Source: Candidatus Omnitrophota bacterium
GTDB lineage: Bacteria; Omnitrophota; Gorgyraeia; 2-02-FULL-51-18
NCBI GenBank assembly: GCA_016197155.1
Contig: JACPWF010000025.1
Location: 28,276 to 92,275 of the forward strand
Direction: 5' to 3'
DNA: 64,000 nt
Program-made: the position numbers and the translations under genes
In this document: positions 16,622 to 25,700 of the stretch, one piece after another
Numbering within the stretch: the stretch's first letter is position 1
How the letters are laid out: every line of letters starts with the position of its first letter
The notes under the pieces: model-generated
Told to the model about the DNA's origin: nothing
The model's input: the letters and a program-made list of their open reading frames with translations, nothing else
The model's database searches: none

Positions 16622-17188
16622 TTAAACTTGGGTGAGATCTTTTTCTTTGGCGGCCTCGGCCTGATCGATCATTTGGATATAGCGATCGGTCAGCTTCTGA
16701 ATATCCGTCTGGCCCTTAAAACTTTCGTCTTCGGTGGCGGTCTTTTCCTTTTCGAGCTGTTTCGTCTTTTCATTGGCCTCGCGGCGGATCGAGCGGAGCG
16801 CCACGCGGCCCTCTTCGGCCAGTTTGTGGACGATCTTGACCAGATCCTCCCGGCGTTCGCGCGTGAGCGGCGGAATGACGAGCCTCACCATCTTGCCGTC
16901 AATCACCGGCGCGATGCCCAGGTCCGACTCGCCGATCGCCTTTTCGATCGCCTTCAAAACCGACGGGTCCCACGGGTGAAGGAGCAACATGCGCGGCTCA
17001 GGGACCGTGATATTGGCCACCTGCCGCAGGGGCGTCGGCGTGCCGTAATAGTCGACGCGGATATTTTCCACCATCCCGGCCGAGGCGCGGCCCGAGCGCA
17101 CCGCCGCGAAATGCTGGTAGACGATGTCCACGGACTTTTTCATTTTTTCTTCGGATTCGCGGATGAGGTTCTGCGCGCCGCCCGCCAT
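16622..17188 (-). CDS. frr: ribosome recycling factor
   Basis: Characteristic RRF sequence (VRSGRASAGMVENIRVDYYGTPTPL...); 188 aa. Confidence 0.9.
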   Translation of the reverse strand: MAGGAQNLIRESEEKMKKSVDIVYQHFAAVRSGRASAGMVENIRVDYYGTPTPLRQVANITVPEPRMLLLHPWDPSVLKAIEKAIGESDLGIAPVIDGKMVRLVIPPLTRERREDLVKIVHKLAEEGRVALRSIRREANEKTKQLEKEKTATEDESFKGQTDIQKLTDRYIQMIDQAEAAKEKDLTQV

Positions 17189-17189
17189 C

Positions 17190-17909
17190 TTAATTGGTCA
17201 CGATCGTGCCGATATTCTGGCCCGACACCACGCGCTCGATGTTGCCGTGTTTCAAAAGGTCAAACACGATGATCGGAAGGTTGTTGTCCATGCAGAGACT
17301 GATCGCGGTGGCGTCCATCACTTTCAATTTCTTTTTCAAAACGTCCATGTAGCGCAGGCGCGTGAAACGCTTGGCGTCCTTCACGGCCTTGGGATCCGCC
17401 GAATAGATCCCGTCGACCTTCGTCGCCTTTAGGATCACCTCGGCCCCGAGCTCGATCGCGCGCAAGGCCGCCGTCGTGTCGGTCGTGAAATAAGGATTCC
17501 CCGTGCCGCCGGCCAAAATCACGATGCGGCCTTTCTCCAAATGCCGGATCGCGCGGCGCCGGATGTAGGGCTCGGCCAGCGCCTCCATCGTGATCGCGGT
17601 GAGGACCCGCGTGAAAACCCCTTTTCGTTCGAGCGCGTCCTGGAGCGCCATGCCGTTGATGACCGTCGCCAGCATCCCCATGTAATCGGCCGTCGAACGG
17701 TCCATCCCGCGCGAGGCGGCCTCGAGGCCCCGGAAAATATTTCCCCCGCCGATCACCACGGCCAGCTCCACGCCGCGGTCTTTTATTTCCTTCAGCTGAA
17801 GGGCGATCGAATCCACCACGCGCGGGTCGATGCCGTAATTCTGCCGCCCCTGGAGCGCCTCGCCGCTCAGCTTTAAGAGCACCCGTTTGTACGCTTTTAT
17901 TTTTTTCAT
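17190..17909 (-). CDS. pyrH: UMP kinase
   Basis: [19 protein letters not shown]...[11 protein letters not shown]. Start at an internal Met with ATGA overlap with the tsf stop (17906-17909). Confidence 0.9.
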   Translation of the reverse strand: MKKIKAYKRVLLKLSGEALQGRQNYGIDPRVVDSIALQLKEIKDRGVELAVVIGGGNIFRGLEAASRGMDRSTADYMGMLATVINGMALQDALERKGVFTRVLTAITMEALAEPYIRRRAIRHLEKGRIVILAGGTGNPYFTTDTTAALRAIELGAEVILKATKVDGIYSADPKAVKDAKRFTRLRYMDVLKKKLKVMDATAISLCMDNNLPIIVFDLLKHGNIERVVSGQNIGTIVTN

Positions 17910-18742
17910 GCCGTCACCGTCTCCCCCACCTCGAAACGCACGAACTGTCTCACCTCCACGGCGCTCCCCCATTTTTTTCCGGCGCCGTCCAACAGCGCCT
18001 GAACGGATAGTTTATCATCTTTGATGAACGGTTGCTCCAAAAGACAGTTGGTCGCGTAAAATTTTTCGAGTTTGCCCTGCACGATCTTTTCGATGATATT
18101 TTCGGGCTTGCCCTTCACCTCTTCGCGGAAGATGGCCTTCTCGCGTTCCAAAACGCCGGGCGGGACTTCGCTTCTTTTAAGGCAAAGGGGATTGGCCGCG
18201 GCCACCTGCATCGCGATATTTTTTCCGAGCTCGTGAAACCCGGCTTCCCGTGCGGCCTGCGCCCCGGCCGAGGCGATCTCCACGACGACGCCCAATTTAT
18301 GATTGGAATGAATGTAGGTGAAAAGGGCCCCGCCCCGGGCCTGGATAATTTTCGCGCGGCGCACGACGATCTTTTCCCCGATCTTGCCGGAGAGCTCGGT
18401 CACGGCCTGGGTGATTTTGGGAGACTTGATGGCGGACTCGCCGTGCGCGAGCGTTTCGTTCGCGGCGAGTGTGGTGAGATTTCTGAATTCATCCGTGCGC
18501 GCGACAAAATCGGTTTCGGAGTTCACCTCGACGATCACGGCGCGGTTGCCTTCGACGCGCGACCACACGAGACCTTCTTTGGCCTGGCGGCCCGCGCGCT
18601 TGGCGGCCTGGGCCACTCCTTTTTTCCGCAGAAAATCGATCGCCTTTTCGAGGTCGTTCCCGGAAGACGCGAGCGCGGCCTTGCAATCCATGATCCCCGC
18701 GCCCGTCCTCTCACGCAGGTCCTTGATCAAATCAAATGACAT
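17906..18742 (-). CDS. tsf: elongation factor Ts
   Basis: [24 protein letters not shown]... UBA-like N-terminus and EF-Ts core. The R/S-rich 78-aa ORF-track extension is rejected. Confidence 0.85.
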   Translation of the reverse strand: MSFDLIKDLRERTGAGIMDCKAALASSGNDLEKAIDFLRKKGVAQAAKRAGRQAKEGLVWSRVEGNRAVIVEVNSETDFVARTDEFRNLTTLAANETLAHGESAIKSPKITQAVTELSGKIGEKIVVRRAKIIQARGGALFTYIHSNHKLGVVVEIASAGAQAAREAGFHELGKNIAMQVAAANPLCLKRSEVPPGVLEREKAIFREEVKGKPENIIEKIVQGKLEKFYATNCLLEQPFIKDDKLSVQALLDGAGKKWGSAVEVRQFVRFEVGETVTA

Positions 18743-18749
18743 CGGGCTT

Positions 18750-19466
18750 TTAGACCTCGACCGTTTCCTTGGCGGGGTGCTTGGCCTTCTCGAGTCCCTC
18801 GAGCAAACTCTCGGTAATAATGCCCGTGATGAGCTTGATCGAGCGGATCGCGTCGTCGTTTCCGGGGATCGGGTACTGGACGGTGTCCGGATCCGAATCC
18901 GTGTCCACCAGCGCCACGACGGGAATCCCGAGGCGGTTGGCCTCTTTGATCGCGATCTCTTCTTTTTTGGCGTCAATCACGAAAAGCGCGCCGGGCAGTT
19001 TTCCCATTTCCGTCACGCCGGCGAGATTCCTCTCGAGTTTTGAAACTTCTTTTTCGATCTCGGAAATTTCTTTTTTCGTCAAAACCTCAAAGGTGCCGTC
19101 CTCCCGCATCAAAAGCAGGCTCTTGTAGCGGCGCACGCTGTTGCGAATGGTCTGGTAATTGGTGAGCATCCCGCCGAGCCAGCGGTGATTCACGTGATAC
19201 ATTCCAGAGCGCTTGGCCTCGGCCTCGATGATGTCCTGCGCCTGGGGCTTGGTCCCGACGAACAGGATCGGCTGGCCCTGGGCCGCGGTGTCGCGGATGA
19301 ACGCGCAGGCGCGCGAGAGGCACTCGACCGTCTTTTCAAGGTCGATGACGTAGATGCCGTTTTTTTCTCCGAAAATGTACGGCTTCATTTTGGGATTCCA
19401 CTTCTTGGTCTGATGACCGAAGTGGACGCCCGCTTCGAGCAGATTCTGGATCAGTTCCTTAGACAA
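18750..19466 (-). CDS. rpsB: 30S ribosomal protein S2
   Basis: [27 protein letters not shown]...; 238 aa. Confidence 0.9.
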   Translation of the reverse strand: MSKELIQNLLEAGVHFGHQTKKWNPKMKPYIFGEKNGIYVIDLEKTVECLSRACAFIRDTAAQGQPILFVGTKPQAQDIIEAEAKRSGMYHVNHRWLGGMLTNYQTIRNSVRRYKSLLLMREDGTFEVLTKKEISEIEKEVSKLERNLAGVTEMGKLPGALFVIDAKKEEIAIKEANRLGIPVVALVDTDSDPDTVQYPIPGNDDAIRSIKLITGIITESLLEGLEKAKHPAKETVEV

Positions 19467-19634
19467 TTGGACACTCCTATCGGTTTTAAGAGAACGCCTA
19501 ACTTATTAAAAATGAATCCGTTAGGCACGGCGCTACCGTTACTCTCTCCCCCGTAGCTTTCCTGCGAAAGCAAGAAGCGGGGGTGGTTTCAGTTTAAGAG
19601 CCCTAAATTATACCAAAGATCGGGGCCCAGGCAA
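19467..19634 (-). promoter_or_regulatory. rpsB-tsf promoter and structured 5' leader
   Basis: On the minus strand: TTGCCT, 16-nt spacer, TATAAT (forward 19607-19634), followed by a ~140-nt leader with two strong hairpins (ccccgcuucuugcuuucgcaggaaagcuacggggg; gccuaacggauucauuuuuaauaaguuaggc) and an AGGAG SD. Confidence 0.3.
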
Positions 19635-19658
19635 GGGATTTCGGAGTGGAGTTTAATG

Positions 19659-20021
19659 TTAAGGCCGGTGTGAAAGCTTAAGCCGATCTGCCGCCAAAAT
19701 AAGGCTGTGATCGAGGGTCCATAATGAAGCTTCTGCAATCGCTGCCGAGGCCAACAAGTGGGCATCAATAAAACCGATCCCGAGATTATTGAGAGATTGA
19801 GCATCTATAAAATCAAGAATTTCTTCCTGAGTCACAAGGGGCGCGTGAGGAAGGGCCTTTAAAAGAGAGAGGATTTCTTTGCGATTTTTCAGGGATCCGC
19901 AGGCCAGCTCACCGATAACAAAATCGTGAGTGATCACCCGCCCCTCCGTCAAAAGCACGGACAATCGCCGATCCCCTTCCCTCAAATGGGCAACCCACAC
20001 GGACGTGTCAACCAGAACCAC
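19659..20021 (-). CDS. vapC: PIN-domain toxin, VapC family
   Basis: MVLVDTSVWVAHL... with the acidic residues of a PIN fold; 120 aa; 6 bp downstream of the vapB-like gene. Confidence 0.75.
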   Translation of the reverse strand: MVLVDTSVWVAHLREGDRRLSVLLTEGRVITHDFVIGELACGSLKNRKEILSLLKALPHAPLVTQEEILDFIDAQSLNNLGIGFIDAHLLASAAIAEASLWTLDHSLILAADRLKLSHRP

Positions 20022-20027
20022 TTTGGG

Positions 20028-20216
20028 CTAGTCTCTTCGACGGGGAATTCTGCGCAAAGATTTTTCCGTGCCCCCCAAGCGGGCCAGACGTTTTTCGCTT
20101 TCGAGAGTGATCAAGGCCTCGAGCCCCCGCCTCACCAAAGACGTCTTTTCCCGGATGCCGGTTAAGCGGGCGGCCTCATCCACAATGTGGTCATCGAGAT
20201 TGAGTGTTGTTCTCAT
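20028..20216 (-). CDS. vapB: VapB-family antitoxin (ribbon-helix-helix type)
   Basis: MRTTLNLDDHIVDEAARLTGIREKTSLVRRGLEALI; 62 aa; immediately upstream of vapC. Confidence 0.65.
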   Translation of the reverse strand: MRTTLNLDDHIVDEAARLTGIREKTSLVRRGLEALITLESEKRLARLGGTEKSLRRIPRRRD

Positions 20217-20252
20217 GCATCATAGTATGCATGTTTTATGCATCAAAGTCAA
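20217..20252 (-). promoter_or_regulatory. vapBC promoter with ATGCAT-gtttt-ATGCAT operator-like repeat
   Basis: On the minus strand: TTGACT, 17 nt, CATACT ~7 nt before the ATG (near-leaderless). Two palindromic ATGCAT hexamers 5 nt apart overlap the -10/start region. Confidence 0.4.
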
Positions 20253-20280
20253 GGGGTTATTTGAAATTTCGGCGGGATCA

Positions 20281-22098
20281 CTATTCCCTAAACTGCAGTT
20301 CGTACAGCCTCCGGTAGAGGCCGTTTTTGGCCAGAAGCTCCTCGTGACTGCCGGACTCGAGCACGCCCGCCTTATCGAGAACAAGAATCCGGCTGGCGTC
20401 CTTGACGGTCGAGAGCCGGTGCGCGATCACAAAAACCGTGCGGCCCTTCATGAGGTTGTGGATCGCCTCCTGAACCAAAAGCTCGCTCTCGGAGTCGAGC
20501 GCCGAGGTCGCCTCGTCCAAAATCAGAATCGGCGGATTTTTGAGGACGGCGCGCGCGATCGAGATCCGCTGGCGCTCGCCGCCCGACAGGCGAAAGCCGC
20601 GGTCGCCGACGACGGTTTGGTATTTGTGGGGAAGTTTCGAGATGAACGCGTGGGCGTTGGCGATCTCGGCGGCGCGCTCGACGTCTTTTTGCGGCGTGTG
20701 CGAGCGGCCGTAGGCGATATTCGCGGTGACGGTGTCATTGAATAAAACCGTTTCCTGCGTCACGACGCCGATCTGGTCGCGGAGCGACCGGAGGGTCACG
20801 TCCCGGACGTCCGTGCCGTCGATGCGGACCGCGCCCTTCCTCGGATCGTAAAAACGCGGGAGGAGATTCACGAGGCTCGTCTTCCCCACCCCGCTCGGCC
20901 CCACGATCGCGAGGATCTCGCCGGGGCGGACTTTGAAATCGATATTTTCCAAAATGAGTTTCTCGGTGTTATAGCCGAAGGAAATATTTTCAAAATGGAT
21001 TTCGTTCTTTAATGGCAAAAGGGCCTTCGCATTTTCTTTTTCCCGGATCTCATTCGGCATGTCGAGGATGTCAAAAATTCTTTCCGCCGCGGCCAGCGCG
21101 TGCTGGTTGATCCCGTGCACGCGCGAGAGGCGCTTGAAGGGCCTTAGCAGCGAAAAAAGCGCGACCAAAAATGCGATGAACGCCCCCGGCGACATCTGGC
21201 TTTCGATGACGGTCTTGCCGCCGATCCACAACACCACTCCCAAACAGACAAATCCGATGAACTCCGTGAGCGGGCTCACGAAAATCATCCGGCTGATCGA
21301 GAGCATCATCGTCCGGTAAAGCCCCTCGTTCTGCCGGCGGAAACGGTCGGTTTCGTATTTTTCCATTCCGAAACCCTGAACGATCCGGATGCCCGAGATG
21401 GATTCAAAGAGCGTCGAATTGATCTCGGCGACCTGCTCCTGGCTCGAGCGGCTGATTTTTTTGAGGAGCCTTCCCACGCGCAGGACGGGAAAAACGACTA
21501 ACGGCAATAAAATGAAGATCACGAACACGAGCGACCAGGGGATTCCAAAGATGAACTTGATCGACAAGAGCGCCACCAGATGCACCGCGATCTGAACGGG
21601 CTGAAACAAAAAATCGGTGAGGCCCTCGGAGATCGCGTCGCGGATGACGCCGGTGTCGTAGGTGATGCGTGACACGAGCGCCCCGGTCTGGGATTTTCCG
21701 AAAAAACTCAAGGGCAGTCCCACGATTTTTTCATAAAGCTCATTCCGCAGATCGCGGATCACGCGCTGGCTGGCGTCATTCATGAGGTACGACTGCCAGT
21801 ATTCGAAGAAGAGCCTGAAAAAGGCCAGGCCCACCGTCCACACGATCAGGATATTCAAAAGGTCCCAGCGCGACAGCGCGTTCACGCGGTAAACCAGGTC
21901 CACGAGGAACGCGGGCAGGCGGGTTTGATTGGGGATCGCGATCGGTTTGCCGGCCAGGATCGAATCTACGAACGGGATGATGAGCCCGATGATGGGCAGT
22001 CCCCCCAGAAGCGAATTCATCACCATCGCGCCAAAGGCCAGATACAGCCTCGCCGAATGGGGCTTCACAAAACTGATCATGCGTCTATAATGGCTCAC
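20281..22098 (-). CDS. ABC transporter permease/ATP-binding protein, MsbA-like (lipid A/lipid exporter family)
   Basis: 605 aa, six-TM N-terminal domain; Walker A GPSGVGKTS, LSGGERQR, ILILDEATSALD. Divergent from the Gfo/Idh/MocA oxidoreductase-lpxB gene pair. Confidence 0.85.
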   Translation of the reverse strand: MSHYRRMISFVKPHSARLYLAFGAMVMNSLLGGLPIIGLIIPFVDSILAGKPIAIPNQTRLPAFLVDLVYRVNALSRWDLLNILIVWTVGLAFFRLFFEYWQSYLMNDASQRVIRDLRNELYEKIVGLPLSFFGKSQTGALVSRITYDTGVIRDAISEGLTDFLFQPVQIAVHLVALLSIKFIFGIPWSLVFVIFILLPLVVFPVLRVGRLLKKISRSSQEQVAEINSTLFESISGIRIVQGFGMEKYETDRFRRQNEGLYRTMMLSISRMIFVSPLTEFIGFVCLGVVLWIGGKTVIESQMSPGAFIAFLVALFSLLRPFKRLSRVHGINQHALAAAERIFDILDMPNEIREKENAKALLPLKNEIHFENISFGYNTEKLILENIDFKVRPGEILAIVGPSGVGKTSLVNLLPRFYDPRKGAVRIDGTDVRDVTLRSLRDQIGVVTQETVLFNDTVTANIAYGRSHTPQKDVERAAEIANAHAFISKLPHKYQTVVGDRGFRLSGGERQRISIARAVLKNPPILILDEATSALDSESELLVQEAIHNLMKGRTVFVIAHRLSTVKDASRILVLDKAGVLESGSHEELLAKNGLYRRLYELQFRE

Positions 22099-22151
22099 AG
22101 TTTTCGCATCATAACATAGCCAACTCCCCTTGTCGATTCACCAGAAATCCC

Positions 22152-22264
22152 GGGGACTGTCCCTTTTTGCCCAAAAAGGGACAGTCCCCTCCTTTGTGAT
22201 GTCAGACAGCCCAACAAGCCTCCCCGGTCGCCGCGGCGACCACCCCTCCTTAAACAAGGAGGGG
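22152..22264. repeat. cluster of three perfect hairpins in a divergent intergenic region
   Basis: The hairpins are ggggactgtcccttttt-gccc-aaaaagggacagtcccc (17-bp stem, 22152-22189), ggtcgccgcggcgacc (22226-22241) and cccctcctt-aaaca-aggagggg (22243-22264). The arm motifs recur at 54837-54874. Confidence 0.6.
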
Positions 22265-22309
22265 AATGTTTCTTGTGGTGCCTGACACCATCGGTTAAAA
22301 TACTGCTCT

Positions 22310-23242
22310 ATGAATAGCCCCCTTAAAATTGCCGTAATTGGCGCGGGGAAATTGGGCGCGCGGCACGCCGAAGTCTATGCCAAACTGCCGGGTGTAACCC
22401 TCGTGGGCGTGTGCGACATCCTCGAATCACGCGCCAAAGAGGCGGCCCTCCATCACCGAACGCGGGCCTTCACGGACTACCGCGATCTCCTGGGGCAGGT
22501 GGACGCGGCCAGTATCGCCGTCCCCTCTCACAAACACTACGAGATCTCAAAGGAATTCCTCGAAAAAAACAGCCATCTCCTCATCGAGAAACCCATCACG
22601 ACGGACCTCGCGCACGCCGACGAACTGTTGATGCTCGCCCGCGAAAAAAATCTCACGATCCAGGTGGGCCACATCGAGCGGTACAACTCCGCGATCCGCA
22701 CGATCAAAAACATCATCAAGGTCCCCCGCTTCATCGAATGCCACCGCCTGGGTTCGTACGATCCGCGCGTGGCCGACGTGGGCGTCACGCTCGACCTCAT
22801 GATCCACGACATCGACATCGTCCTGGACCTCGTGCGTTCGCCGATCAAAAACGTGGACGCCGTGGGCGCTTTTATCCTGTCCAAGACCGAGGACATCGCC
22901 AACGCGCGCATCCGCTTCGCGAACAACTGCGTCGCGGATCTCACGGCCAGCCGCGTGACGCAGGACACGACGCGGAAAATCCGGATCTTTCAGGACGACG
23001 CTTACATTTCCCTCGACTACGTCACGCAGGAGGCGCTGATTTACAAAAAAGAAAACGGACGCATTGATTTTAAAAAAATTGACATTCAAAAATCGGATTC
23101 GCTGAAAGAGGAACTGGCGGATTTTATCGATTGCGTGCGCACCGGCAGACAGCCTTTGGTTTCCGGAGCGGAGGGGCGCGAGGCCCTGGCGCTGGCGCTC
23201 CAGATCTCAAAACAGATCCGCGAGCAATCTCATCCGGGCTAG
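22310..23242 (+). CDS. Gfo/Idh/MocA-family NAD(P)-dependent oxidoreductase (possible UDP-GlcNAc 3-dehydrogenase GnnA-like)
   Basis: Rossmann motif IAVIGAGKLGARHAEVYAKLPGVTLVGVCD and the EKP motif LLIEKPIT; 310 aa; stop 3 nt before the lpxB start. Confidence 0.75.
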   Translation: MNSPLKIAVIGAGKLGARHAEVYAKLPGVTLVGVCDILESRAKEAALHHRTRAFTDYRDLLGQVDAASIAVPSHKHYEISKEFLEKNSHLLIEKPITTDLAHADELLMLAREKNLTIQVGHIERYNSAIRTIKNIIKVPRFIECHRLGSYDPRVADVGVTLDLMIHDIDIVLDLVRSPIKNVDAVGAFILSKTEDIANARIRFANNCVADLTASRVTQDTTRKIRIFQDDAYISLDYVTQEALIYKKENGRIDFKKIDIQKSDSLKEELADFIDCVRTGRQPLVSGAEGREALALALQISKQIREQSHPG

Positions 23243-23245
23243 CCG

Positions 23246-24361
23246 ATGACGAAGAAAATATTCGTGATCGCGGGCGAGGCGTCGGGGGATCTGCACGGAG
23301 CCGCGCTCATCCGCGCGCTTCGCGAGGCCGGACGAGAGGGTGTTGAAATTTACGGCGTGGGGGGCGAGCGGATCCGCGAAACGGGGGCGCTCGAATTTTT
23401 TGACCTCGCCCGTTTTCACACGACAGGCTTTACCGAAGCGATCAAAAAACTGCCCCAGTACCGCCGGGCCGCGCGGGCCATTCTCTCCAACGTCGAAAAA
23501 GCCGAGCCCGACACGGTGGTCCTCATCGACAATCCCGGACTGAACCTGTATCTGGCCGAAAAAATCCACGCGCTCGGGATCCCCGTGGTTTACTACATCG
23601 CGCCCCAGGTCTGGGCCTGGGCACCCAAACGCGTTTTGAAAATAAAAAAATTTATCCGAAAAGTACTCGTGGTCTTTGAGTTTGAGAAAAAAATTTACGA
23701 GGAAAACGGCATCCCTGTCGCGTGGGTGGGACACCCGCTGAAAGACCGGATCGGCGCGCCCTCTCCCCCGCTCCCCCCGGGACTTCCGAAAGACGAGTGG
23801 CGCGTCTCGCTCCTGCCGGGATCGCGCGAGACAGAGGTCAAAACACTTCTGCCGATTCTCCTGGGCGCGGCCGAAATTCTCTCGGGAAAAAATCAGGCGC
23901 GGTTCTCGCTCATCCAGTCCCCCACTCTCCCGCGCGCGTTTTACGAGCCGTTCCTTTGGAAAAGCCGCTTGCGGATCGAGCTTGTGGAAAAAAACGCCTA
24001 CGACGCGATCGGCAAAAGCGATTTGGCTTTGGTGTGTTCGGGCACCGCCACGCTCGAGTGCGCGATCCTGGGGACGCCGATGATCATCACCAATAAGGGG
24101 AGCTTCCTCACGTATCTGGCGGCCAAATGCCTCATCCGCGTGCCGTGCCTTGGACTGCCGAATCTGATTTTGGGGGAGAAAAAAATTCCGGAGTTTCTGC
24201 AATACGACGCGACACCGGAGAAGATCGCCCGCGAGGCGGAGGAAATTTTAAGGAATGAGGAAAGGCGATCGGAAATGAAAAAGGCGCTTCAAAAAGTTTC
24301 CGAAAACTTGGGGGCCCCGGGCGCTTCCCGGCGCGCGGCGCTGGAAATTTTTAATTTATAA
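23246..24361 (+). CDS. lpxB: lipid-A-disaccharide synthase
   Basis: MTKKIFVIAGEASGDLHGAALIRAL... GT19 family pattern; 371 aa. Confidence 0.85.
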   Translation: MTKKIFVIAGEASGDLHGAALIRALREAGREGVEIYGVGGERIRETGALEFFDLARFHTTGFTEAIKKLPQYRRAARAILSNVEKAEPDTVVLIDNPGLNLYLAEKIHALGIPVVYYIAPQVWAWAPKRVLKIKKFIRKVLVVFEFEKKIYEENGIPVAWVGHPLKDRIGAPSPPLPPGLPKDEWRVSLLPGSRETEVKTLLPILLGAAEILSGKNQARFSLIQSPTLPRAFYEPFLWKSRLRIELVEKNAYDAIGKSDLALVCSGTATLECAILGTPMIITNKGSFLTYLAAKCLIRVPCLGLPNLILGEKKIPEFLQYDATPEKIAREAEEILRNEERRSEMKKALQKVSENLGAPGASRRAALEIFNL

Positions 24362-25696
24362 AACCGGCAAATATTTCTCGAGCTCGTAATTTGTGATCTC
24401 CGCGCAGGTCTTCGACCACTCGATCTTCTTATTTTCAATGAGCGAATGGAAGATGTGCTCGCCGAGCGCCTCTTTCAGGAACTTGCTCTCTTCGGCAATC
24501 GCGATCGCCTCGCCCAGGCTTTGAGGCAATAGCGCGATCCCGCGCTTTTTTCTTTCGGGGTCCGACATCTCATGCACGTTTTCCTCGACGGGATCCGCGA
24601 GGTCCCAACCGTGCCTGATGCCCTCGAGACCCGCCGCCAGCATCACGGAAAAAACCAGGTACGGATTGCACGCCGCGTCGGGCGAGCGCAGTTCCGCTCG
24701 GGTGCCGTTTTCGTTGCCGGGCCGGTAGGCCGGGACCCGCACGAGAGCCGAACGGTTCTTTTTCGCCCACAACACGTAAACCGGCGCCTCATAACCGGGA
24801 GTGAGACGTTTGTAGGAGTTCACCCATTGATTCGTGACGATGCAGATCTCGGGCGCGTATTTGAGGAGCCCCGCGATGTAGTGCTTGGCGAGTTTTGAAA
24901 GGTGGTTCTTGTCGTTTTTGTCAAAAAAGGCGTTTTTGTCTCCCTCAAATAAAGACTGGTGAACGTGCATGCCGCTGCCGTTTTCGTTTTTGAGGGGCTT
25001 GGGCATGAACGTCGCGTAAACGCCGTTCTTCATCGCGATCTCTTTCACGACCAGGCGATAGGTCATCGCGTTGTCGGCCATCGTGAGCGCGTCGGTGTAG
25101 CGCAGATCGATCTCGTGCTGGCTGGGAGCGACCTCATGGTGGCTCGACTCGACGCCGATGCCCATTTCTTCCAAAGTCAAAACCGTTTCGCGGCGCAGGT
25201 CACTGCCCGCGTCCAGGGACGTGAGGTCAAAATAACCGCCCTGGTCGAGGGGTTTGGTTCCTTGCGAATCCTGAAAATAAAAATACTCGATCTCCGGCCC
25301 CACGTAAAACGTGTAGCCCATCTCCGAGGCCTTTTTCACATGCCGCTTCAAACACTGGCGCGGATCGCCCACAAACGGCGCGCCGCTCACACTGCGGATG
25401 TCCGCGAACATGCGCGCGACGGCGTTTTCGCGCGGCCGCCACGGCAGGATCTGAAAAGTCTCCGGATCCGGAAACGCCCGCATGTCCGATTCGTCGCTCC
25501 GCGCGAAACCCTCGATGGAGGAACCGTCAAAACCCTTGCCCTCTTCCATCGCTTCTTTTAATTCATCGATCGTGATCGCGAAACTTTTTAAGAACCCCAG
25601 AATATCCGGAAACCACAGCCGGATAAACCGCACGTTGTTATCGGCGGCCTTTTTCAACACAAACTCTTTACTTTGTTTGTCGGGACTTTTCCGCAT
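24356..25696 (-). CDS. glnA: glutamine synthetase, type I
   Basis: GS beta-grasp and catalytic motifs (GPEIEYFYF, MHVHQSLF, NPYLVFSVMLAAGLEG); 446 aa. Confidence 0.9.
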   Translation of the reverse strand: MRKSPDKQSKEFVLKKAADNNVRFIRLWFPDILGFLKSFAITIDELKEAMEEGKGFDGSSIEGFARSDESDMRAFPDPETFQILPWRPRENAVARMFADIRSVSGAPFVGDPRQCLKRHVKKASEMGYTFYVGPEIEYFYFQDSQGTKPLDQGGYFDLTSLDAGSDLRRETVLTLEEMGIGVESSHHEVAPSQHEIDLRYTDALTMADNAMTYRLVVKEIAMKNGVYATFMPKPLKNENGSGMHVHQSLFEGDKNAFFDKNDKNHLSKLAKHYIAGLLKYAPEICIVTNQWVNSYKRLTPGYEAPVYVLWAKKNRSALVRVPAYRPGNENGTRAELRSPDAACNPYLVFSVMLAAGLEGIRHGWDLADPVEENVHEMSDPERKKRGIALLPQSLGEAIAIAEESKFLKEALGEHIFHSLIENKKIEWSKTCAEITNYELEKYLPVL

Positions 25697-25700
25697 TTTT

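Noticed and set aside
17906-18976. N-terminal 78-aa R/S-rich extension of the tsf ORF
   Set aside because: Overlaps pyrH-tsf junction logic and rpsB spacing; EF-Ts proteins start at MSFDLIKDL-like sequence; extension is low-complexity.
22411-23089. 218-aa plus-frame and 180-aa minus-frame ORFs within the Gfo/Idh/MocA gene
   Set aside because: Alternative-frame ORFs (poly-Arg/His); the annotated frame has a canonical Rossmann N-terminus.
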